Shown here: in pieces, positions 54,290-61,357 of the stretch | Position numbering within the stretch: position 1 is the first letter of the stretch | Layout: each line of letters starts with the position of its first letter | Origin: an uncultured Anaerotruncus sp. | GTDB taxonomy: Bacteria; Bacillota; Clostridia; Oscillospirales; CAG-272 | NCBI GenBank assembly: GCA_905210995.1 | Contig: CAJLZE010000001.1 | Location: 1,910 to 65,909 of the forward strand | Length of the DNA: 64,000 nucleotides | Direction: 5' to 3' | Notes under the pieces: generated by a model | Database searches by the model: none | Seen by the model: only the letters and a program-made list of their open reading frames with translations | What the model was told of the DNA's origin: nothing | Position numbers and translations under genes: made by a program

Positions 54290-54565
54290 TCACCCGGATA
54301 TCAGATAACCGGAGGAGGCGAGAGAGGCGGAGAAGCTGCGGTAAGCAGCAAGAGCCTCGTCGCGCGATATGCCGTATTCGGCAACGGCGGCAGCCACTAT
54401 GCCCTCGCCGTCAAGCCCGCGCTCGAAAAGACGCCAGAAAAAAACGCCGGTGGCGTTTATTTTTTTTACATACGGCACCTTGCCGCGCGCCTCGCCTGTC
54501 GCGATCATAAGATGCTCGTCGCAAACATCAACGATCACCACACCCGGGCAAACATGATATTTCAT
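54290..54565 (-). CDS. PqqD-family (RiPP recognition element-like) small protein
   Basis: 91 aa. The pattern ...VIVDVCDEHLMI...INATGVFFWRLFERGLDGEGIVAAAVAEYGISRDEALAAYRSFSASLASSGYL fits the size and helix pattern of PqqD/RRE proteins. The ATG at 54565 overlaps the upstream stop (ATGA); the track start at 54577 is a GTG. Confidence 0.6.
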   Translation of the reverse strand: MKYHVCPGVVIVDVCDEHLMIATGEARGKVPYVKKINATGVFFWRLFERGLDGEGIVAAAVAEYGISRDEALAAYRSFSASLASSGYLISG

Positions 54566-55284
54566 TTCGGCTCCCACTCCTTTTCAAGCGTATCGTGACA
54601 CAGGCACGCCGCAGCCGCGTCACCGCGGTTGGCAAGCTCCCATACGGGAACGCTGCGCAGCAATATGTCTTCCATTTCGGCGACGCCGCGCGCCGCCTCG
54701 ACGGTCTCGGACGAAAAAATGAACTGACGGAACAGGATCCCGGCGGAAAGCTCCGCCCCAACGCGGCGGATCGTATTTTCGGCAGCCTTGCGGAGAAACA
54801 CGATGCCGCCGAGCGGCGCGGAGATGGGCTGCCCCATGCCCTCCTTGCCGTGCCACGGAGAAGGGTGAACGGTAACATCGCCCTCTTGACGGGCAAAAAG
54901 CACCGGCTTGTCGCCGTTCAGGATCTGTATCTCATCACCGCAAAGCTGCTTCCAGCGCACATAATGCGTCGTCTTGCCTGTGCCGCTCGGCGCGCAGAGG
55001 AGCACGACCCGTCCGCGCCAAAGAAACGCGCAGCCGTGAAAGACCGTGCGGCGGAAGGGTATCAGCACGTCCGACACCCGGCGGCAAAGCTCCATATACT
55101 CAATATAAGCATCGGTCGATCCCGCGGGATAAAATTCGGCGGCGCGGCGGCGATCCGCTTCACCGACAATGACCGAGGCGGCGGGCGCCGCCTCGGTCTG
55201 CTGTGCTTCAAAAAATTTGCGGTAACTGTCATACGAAAGACCGACACCGACAGGCACGCCGGCAAAGTCTGCGGTGATCATCAT
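54562..55284 (-). CDS. HPr kinase-like P-loop protein (HprK C-terminal domain-like)
   Basis: FHGCAFLWRGRVVLLCAPSGTGKTTH followed by ILNGDKPVL matches the HG...G-x-SG-x-GK[ST] then DD/GD layout of the HprK-type kinase domain. GGAGGA SD at 7 nt. Confidence 0.6.
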   Translation of the reverse strand: MMITADFAGVPVGVGLSYDSYRKFFEAQQTEAAPAASVIVGEADRRRAAEFYPAGSTDAYIEYMELCRRVSDVLIPFRRTVFHGCAFLWRGRVVLLCAPSGTGKTTHYVRWKQLCGDEIQILNGDKPVLFARQEGDVTVHPSPWHGKEGMGQPISAPLGGIVFLRKAAENTIRRVGAELSAGILFRQFIFSSETVEAARGVAEMEDILLRSVPVWELANRGDAAAACLCHDTLEKEWEPK

Positions 55285-55316
55285 GCCGTCATCCTCCGTC
55301 CTTTGCCGTTTGTCCT

Positions 55317-55511
55317 TCAGAAAACATCTCCCGAGGACGTGAGAGTGACCTTGGTGCCGTCGGGCAGGGTAAAGTCCTTCGGTATCGGATCGCCGCCCTC
55401 TCCGATGTCTCCGCTGCCGGTCGTGATGCCGCCGGCAAGCATATCATCAAGCTTGTCGTATATCTCGTCTCCGCCGCCGGAGACCGCAGGAATATCAAAA
55501 GTGTTATTCAT
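55317..55511 (-). CDS. 64-aa acidic Gly-rich peptide (candidate precursor or substrate peptide)
   Basis: MNNTFDIPAVSGGGDEIYDKLDDMLAGGITTGSGDIGEGGDPIPKDFTLPDGTKVTLTSSGDVF. AAAGGAG lies 8 nt upstream of the ATG at 55511. It sits between the vWA gene and the kinase-like gene with gaps of 37 and 32 nt. Confidence 0.5.
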   Translation of the reverse strand: MNNTFDIPAVSGGGDEIYDKLDDMLAGGITTGSGDIGEGGDPIPKDFTLPDGTKVTLTSSGDVF

Positions 55512-55548
55512 GGATAAACTCCTTTCCATTCTTCCCGGCCGAGCCTAC

Positions 55549-58500
55549 TCAGCCCTCAACGCGGTAAGGGTAGCAAATGAGGGTGCGCGTCGCACCGAGG
55601 ACGGTCGTGCCGTCGTGCGTGACCCAATAGGGCGTCACCTCGACCGGAGTTCCGCCAGAGCTGCCGCTCACCGAGTATCTCACGCTCATCACGGCAGCCC
55701 CGCGGCTGACATCTCTGCCGAACAGCGCACGAGCACCGAAACGGGCGACGTCGGCTGCGGGAGTCTTTTTGCCGTTGATGATAAATCCGAGCTCGGCATA
55801 GTCGGTGCTGTCGGCAGCCGCCATGAGCGTCAGCCCGCGCACACGGAAGAGCCCGTTTTTGGTGTATCTGACGTCAAGATAAGAATCGCTCACGTATTTG
55901 GCGTATACGGTGATGTCGGAGGTCACATTGCGAAGATCGGCGGGGTATTTGCAGGCTTTATCGGTAAACCAACCGGCAAAGAGCTTGCCGCTCGCGCCGG
56001 CATAGCTTATCGCAGCCGAAACATCGCCCTTTGCCGCAACGACGCTGCGCGTGCTGCCGCCGTCGTTGACGGTGACGGTCACATAATCGGCAGCTCCGCT
56101 GTCAAGCGTGTACGAGGCGGAATATATCAGCGACCGCGCATCCGTCGGCACGGTATATCCGGTACATTTACTGCGTGCAAACGTATCGGCACCCGCCTTG
56201 CCGAGCTTTTTGTAGGTCAGATCATTGTCGGAGCCTGCGCCCTTGTACTCGCAGGTGCGCGTTCCTATGCCCGTGACCTTTACACCGTCAAGGGTGATCC
56301 AGTAGGGCGTGAACACGATCCTGTCGTCCGCTTTTGTCCAATAATTCTTCGGAACATCAAAGCAGAAAAGATACCCGCTGTCTTTGATGTCGCCGAATAT
56401 GCCCGTGCCCGCCGCATATACGGACTCGGTGCCGTTGTTGTGCTTTACCGTAAGCGACTTGTAAACGCTGCCGACCGTAAGAGCGTTGGGATCCGCCTCG
56501 CCGACGTCGTGAGCATCGATCACCGTGCCGTTTTCGGTATGCGCATCAAAGCCGACGCCGTAATAATTCAGGCGATCGACCGCGCTCATCATGTAGAAGC
56601 CGATAACGTCAACATCGCTCTCGCTCACGTGCTTCCACACGCTCAGGCTGCGCGGCAGCAGATATACCGCGGGAGCCTCCCAGATATAATAGATGCCGCC
56701 CGGCGTGGGGGTAAAGTCCATTGCCGTACCGCCGTTGAAGTCGGCGACCGTCGTATAATCGCTTTTGAACGTTCCGCCGTAAACAAAGTGCCCGTCGGTG
56801 ATCTTGGTTCCGTCGGCTTTTTTGTTCACCCACTGCGTCATGTCAAAGTTCGCGCCGAAGGCGTGAGTATCGCGCCAAACCTCCGTGTCCTCCCGCACAT
56901 GAACGACGGTGAATTCCTGCTTATATGCAAACCATACATGGCGGTTGGAGTTTGCGGCGGTCAGTGTGACCTCCGCGGAATCGCCCCCCGTGAGCGCACC
57001 GTTGTCGATAATATAACTGCCGTAATAAACGCAGTCGGCAACGTCTGCCTTGCCTACGGTGTAGAGCGTGTTATATTTCAGCCCCGTGGTGCCGTCGACC
57101 GCGAAATATTCGGCATCCTTTACCTGTTTCGCAAGGGAGGGGGACTCTACCTTGACGCCGTTCTCGTTGATCGGTTCGCCGTTTCCGTTTACAAGGTAGT
57201 AGTGGACAAGTATTTTGCCGCCGCCCACGGTGACCTGAGGCTTCGGGAATTCGCCGGTCACCTCTTTGTCCTCGTAGTCAGTATATGTCAGCGTAGCGCT
57301 TTCGTTTGTGAGCAGAGTCTCGCCGGTCGCGGGGCTGTAGCCATCCCTGACCGTGACCTTATACATGAGCGTGGGATCGTCGCCCTCTCTGACGTTGCCG
57401 ACCGTCCAGCTTATGCTGCGGGTGGCAGCGTCATATGTCGCCGTGCCCTGGCTGATGTAAACATCGGCATCGCCCGCATCATAGACCGCCCTGTCGGTGG
57501 TGATGACGGGAGCCTCTCCCGAAAAGCTGAGCTGAACTTTATCGCCCATGGTGTCGTTTACGACCGCGTTTTTCGCCGCGATCGCAATGCTGCCCGCGAT
57601 GGAGGTGAACGCCGTCGTCAGCTTTTCTTCAATATTGTCGGCGTCGGCTATCGTAAAGTAGTCCTTTGAGGGGTTCGTGGCGCAGGAGCGGAGAATTCCG
57701 GAGCCCACGTTGCCCGCCTGAAGAGCAATTGAATAAATATTAACGCCTTCCGCTTTCGCCTGATCTGCCTCCCATACAGTCGGCTCTCCCAGGTTATTCA
57801 CCGTCATTTTCGCTGTAAAGGCGGTGGAAAACTCAATACTTCCAACAGAATACCCGCTTATCTCCCCCGTGGAATTTTTGCTGCCGTTCGACCGGTTCTC
57901 ATCTATGCTGTAATTCCATGTTTTTGACGAAATGACGGAATGGCTGCAACTCCACGAACCGCTTATCTTGTCATGGTTGAAATATGCCGGAGACTGTACC
58001 GTGTAGCTGGTGGTGTAATCCTGCGTCTCCCCGTTTCCTACCATTGACGTATAATCGCACCCGGCTATCGCAGCGGTATATGACGGAGATACAGTTATCG
58101 TCGGAGTTCTATGAGAACCCAGGCCGCAATTTGATTCGATATTCACATTCACCGACGTCACTGTTGCCGAAACCGCATTGACCTTAAATGATTTAGTAGG
58201 CAGACCGTCGCTTAGCAAAACAATATTTTTGTTTTTTCCGGTAGAAGCCTCGGACTTCAGAATATCACGCGCAGTCTTGATGCCCAACTGGGTAAATGTG
58301 CCGCCGTTTTCCTTGTCAACGGAAATTTCGTCTATCCGCGCCTTCAGAGCTTCTTTATCTTCATAAGTATAAAACCCCGTGTGCGTTTCCTCAAGGTTAA
58401 ATACAACAAGCGCGATCCGTGTCGCGCTGTCTGTGGTCAGCAGCTTATCGGCAAAAGCCTTGGCTGCGAGCTTGGTCTTGTACATACGGCTGCTCTCATC

Positions 58501-58815
58501 CTCGACATATGAAGTGCCGCCAAAAAACGTACTTTTCTTGGTGTACATACTGTTCGAGTTGTCTATGACCAGCACGACGTCCGAGGTGGTCTTATAGTTC
58601 TTTCCCTGTATACCGAGGGTGACCTCCCAGAGGTTGTCGTCCTCGCCGCCGACCGCCTTGGCATCCTTTTCGAGCTTCACCGAGCCCTCGGCAGGCCAGA
58701 CCGGCTGCGTATCGGCTTCGCCTTCCGCAAACACCGCGAGAGGCATCGCCGCAAGCATTGACAGCACCGTTAGCGCCGCAAGCAGCACGGACAGCGCACG
58801 CTTGAATCTCATCAT
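55549..58815 (-). CDS. secreted von Willebrand factor A (MIDAS) domain surface protein with Ig-like and Listeria-Bacteroides-type repeats
   Basis: Signal peptide. The vWA domain has MIDAS DNSNSM...GGTFT...LLSDG. A Flg_new-like FAGWFTDKACKYPADLRNVTSDITVYAKY motif is present, and TPYW(I/V)T.DG..V.G..RT is repeated. No LPXTG motif or TM tail. GGAGGAG SD. Confidence 0.8.
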   Translation of the reverse strand: MMRFKRALSVLLAALTVLSMLAAMPLAVFAEGEADTQPVWPAEGSVKLEKDAKAVGGEDDNLWEVTLGIQGKNYKTTSDVVLVIDNSNSMYTKKSTFFGGTSYVEDESSRMYKTKLAAKAFADKLLTTDSATRIALVVFNLEETHTGFYTYEDKEALKARIDEISVDKENGGTFTQLGIKTARDILKSEASTGKNKNIVLLSDGLPTKSFKVNAVSATVTSVNVNIESNCGLGSHRTPTITVSPSYTAAIAGCDYTSMVGNGETQDYTTSYTVQSPAYFNHDKISGSWSCSHSVISSKTWNYSIDENRSNGSKNSTGEISGYSVGSIEFSTAFTAKMTVNNLGEPTVWEADQAKAEGVNIYSIALQAGNVGSGILRSCATNPSKDYFTIADADNIEEKLTTAFTSIAGSIAIAAKNAVVNDTMGDKVQLSFSGEAPVITTDRAVYDAGDADVYISQGTATYDAATRSISWTVGNVREGDDPTLMYKVTVRDGYSPATGETLLTNESATLTYTDYEDKEVTGEFPKPQVTVGGGKILVHYYLVNGNGEPINENGVKVESPSLAKQVKDAEYFAVDGTTGLKYNTLYTVGKADVADCVYYGSYIIDNGALTGGDSAEVTLTAANSNRHVWFAYKQEFTVVHVREDTEVWRDTHAFGANFDMTQWVNKKADGTKITDGHFVYGGTFKSDYTTVADFNGGTAMDFTPTPGGIYYIWEAPAVYLLPRSLSVWKHVSESDVDVIGFYMMSAVDRLNYYGVGFDAHTENGTVIDAHDVGEADPNALTVGSVYKSLTVKHNNGTESVYAAGTGIFGDIKDSGYLFCFDVPKNYWTKADDRIVFTPYWITLDGVKVTGIGTRTCEYKGAGSDNDLTYKKLGKAGADTFARSKCTGYTVPTDARSLIYSASYTLDSGAADYVTVTVNDGGSTRSVVAAKGDVSAAISYAGASGKLFAGWFTDKACKYPADLRNVTSDITVYAKYVSDSYLDVRYTKNGLFRVRGLTLMAAADSTDYAELGFIINGKKTPAADVARFGARALFGRDVSRGAAVMSVRYSVSGSSGGTPVEVTPYWVTHDGTTVLGATRTLICYPYRVEG

Positions 58816-59177
58816 CTTGAACTCCTCCTATGTAAAATAAAAAGTAATACATTTCGCGCGGAACGCAAGCATTGATATCTTTTATATTATATATACCGCT
58901 ACAATGCAGAAAATACATTATGGGTGCTCAAATAGTAAATGTATCCATCGGGTTCCGTGCTACTCATTATACTACAAACCAAACAAAATTGCAATACCTT
59001 CCCAAGGATTTTGTTGGATAATTCATAACTTAAGATTTATTTTAAAGCTGTATCACCCATTTGTTATATCAGAAACGGATTTGACTCTTGTTTTATGCTG
59101 TTTTGTATTGCACATCCATTTTTTCGACTCCCATGTGTCTTATTAATGAACACATATATAATATATGACACCGGATA

Positions 59178-60096
59178 TTATTTTGCGTATACACATACGG
59201 ACTTTTTTGACCGACATAGCGACGCCAAACACACGCAGCCATAAATCGCACCACCCGCAATCAAGACTTGATAATGTATGGTAAGGTGAGCGCGGGTGAA
59301 ACCCGGGGTCGCTTCTCCCGTGAAACGAGTACAGATTTCATTCACTATAATAAGTAGGGGAGGGGCTCTGCTCCTCCCGATAAAATTTGAACAAACTCCA
59401 ACGGCGGGAGGGGTAAACCCCTCCCCTACGGCAGTACCCATGTAGTATGTTTAAAGTCTGAAACCTTGCCAAGGCTCCCTCCTGAGGGAGCTGTCGCCGA
59501 AGGCGACTGAGGGAGTAAAATTCATTAAAATAAAAGGAAGATCCCGCTGCGGCGGGATCTTTTTTACCACCTCATCCGCCGCGCTCGCGGGATTGAATTT
59601 TTTAGTTTTTACGCAATGCGTAAAAACATAGCGCGGCAATGATCGATGTTTCCTGCACGCCTTTATCCCGCGCCGCAGCACCTTCCCAAACTTGGGAAGG
59701 CTCACAGAACCGTATCTTCCGTCGATCACGGTGAAGAAAGCAAAACGATCCTGTTTTTGATTTTGCCGGCTTACTGAAGTTCATTTCTCACTTTACATCC
59801 GTTGACGGAACGTCATTTAACGGCAGCCTTCCCGTGTCCGGGAAGGTGGTGCCGTAGGCGCCGGATGAGGAGGACAAGAGGTTTTGCCACAGGCAAAACC
59901 TACCGAATCAATGTAGGGGAGTGGCAAGCCCCTCCCGTACGGCAGTACCCATGTAGTAGATTTAAAGTCTGAAGCCTTGCCAAGGCTCCCTCAAGAGGGG
60001 GCTGTCGCCGCAGGCGGCTGAGCGAGTAAAATCGAAGCACTGGAGAGCGGCAGTGAAGCTTAATACGACTCCGGCTTTTCGGTATTTTCATCATTT
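59178..60096. repeat. 0.9-kb composite intergenic repeat array
   Basis: A direct repeat of about 120 bp (59406-59525 and 59914-60034, which I estimate at close to 90% identical). GGGAGGGG hairpins at 59358-59378, 59406-59425 and about 59914-59936. Double-hairpin SD-like elements at 59464-59517, 59826-59875 and 59975-60028. Further perfect hairpins at 59546-59573, 59605-59628, 59681-59703 and 59881-59900. Confidence 0.75.
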
Positions 60097-61251
60097 TCAT
60101 CTTGTCCCCGCGACCTGCTCGCGCCAGGCGTTTACGGTATATGCTCTGTCGTCGCCGCGCACGCAAAGGTTGCCGAGCTCGGCGGTGTATCTGCCGTCGA
60201 TCGGAATGCGGAAATCCTCAACGGTGTAGTCGGGGTAGCCCGCTGCCTTTGCCAGATATGCAAGGCAGTCGGCGGCGCTGAGGTCGGTCTCGACCAGCGG
60301 CAGGATTGTCGTCAGCAGCCGGTCGAGCTGTACGGGGTTCATTTTTTTCACCTTGTCGAATACCGCGGCAAGAACGGCACGGTGCCGCCGCGTCCTGCCG
60401 AAATCACTGCCGCTCAGATGCCGCATACGCACGTACGAGAGCACCTGCGCGGCGTCAAGGTGTACGGGCGATCCCGCACTGTCCCACGGCAGCGGCACGT
60501 CGCTTTCGCGGTTGAAGGCAGCAAGCTCCTCACCGGTCATCGTGATGTCGATACCGCCGATCACCTCAAAGACCTCCACGAATTCCTCGAAATGCACCTC
60601 GGCGTAGTTGGCGATCCTTATGCCGAAATTTCTTTCAATGGCGTTTATCAGCAGCGCGGGACCGCCGTAGGCGTGCGCGTTGCTTATCTTGTCGAGCCAT
60701 ATGGCGGGCTTTCCGTTTTCAATGCCGGGAAAATATGTCTCGGTGTCGCGCATTATCGAGGTGAGTGTGATCCTTTTATCGGCGCTGTTGACCGACACAA
60801 CGATGATCGCGTCGGAGTTGCCGTATTTCGTCTCGTGATCGGCGCCGATTAGCAGTATATTCACGACGCCTTTTTTTGCCGGAAGGTCATAGTCGGCTAT
60901 TTGCGAGGTGTCGGCAGCGCCCGGCAGCGTGTTGTCGGACGGCACAGTGCCGTATGGGTTATCGGGGTCGTCGGGCTGAGCTGTCGCGGGGGACGATGCA
61001 AGCCCCGAAATGGCGCTATCGTCATAATCGAACGTCCCGTCGCCCGCACCGGCGGAGCCGTTAATATTCATCATGCGGTAATAACGCAAAAAAAGCGCGC
61101 CCGCCGAAAGAAACACGGCAAGGGCGAGAGCCGCCGCAGCGATAAGCACTGCGGTCGCTGCTCTCGGCATCCTGCCGCGCCCCTTATGTCTTGCGGGACG
61201 CGCTTTTTTTGCGGAGTCGTGATCCGGCATCATAACACCTGTACCTTTCAC
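60097..61251 (-). CDS. LytR-CpsA-Psr (LCP) family cell-wall glycopolymer ligase
   Basis: N-terminal TM segment. NILLIGADHE...SDAIIVVSVN...ITLTSIMRDT are LCP motifs. Confidence 0.85.
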   Translation of the reverse strand: MKGTGVMMPDHDSAKKARPARHKGRGRMPRAATAVLIAAAALALAVFLSAGALFLRYYRMMNINGSAGAGDGTFDYDDSAISGLASSPATAQPDDPDNPYGTVPSDNTLPGAADTSQIADYDLPAKKGVVNILLIGADHETKYGNSDAIIVVSVNSADKRITLTSIMRDTETYFPGIENGKPAIWLDKISNAHAYGGPALLINAIERNFGIRIANYAEVHFEEFVEVFEVIGGIDITMTGEELAAFNRESDVPLPWDSAGSPVHLDAAQVLSYVRMRHLSGSDFGRTRRHRAVLAAVFDKVKKMNPVQLDRLLTTILPLVETDLSAADCLAYLAKAAGYPDYTVEDFRIPIDGRYTAELGNLCVRGDDRAYTVNAWREQVAGTR

Positions 61252-61357
61252 GGAGCGTGCGCGGCCGCCGTGCGGCGGTCGGCACTTCGGGATACAATCA
61301 GTATGAGCCGAAAACAGTATTTTATGTTATGAAAGCTTAATTACCGTTTTTTGTGTC

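Noticed and set aside
53280-54293. 337-aa minus-strand ORF
   Set aside because: It is antisense to the DacB-like gene, which has SxxK and KTG motifs.
54290-55529. Canonical lasso-peptide gene cluster
   Set aside because: The HprK-like and PqqD-like pair is reminiscent of one. However, there is no Asn-synthetase-like cyclase, transglutaminase-like protease or exporter, and the peptide lacks an obvious lasso core. It is reported instead as a non-canonical module.
54595-57669. 1024-aa plus-strand ORF, the longest in the region
   Set aside because: It is antisense to the vWA, peptide and kinase-like genes. Its translation is Arg/Ala/Gly-rich low-complexity sequence with no motifs, which is a typical high-GC antisense artefact. 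The minus-strand genes have SDs, signal peptides and domain motifs.
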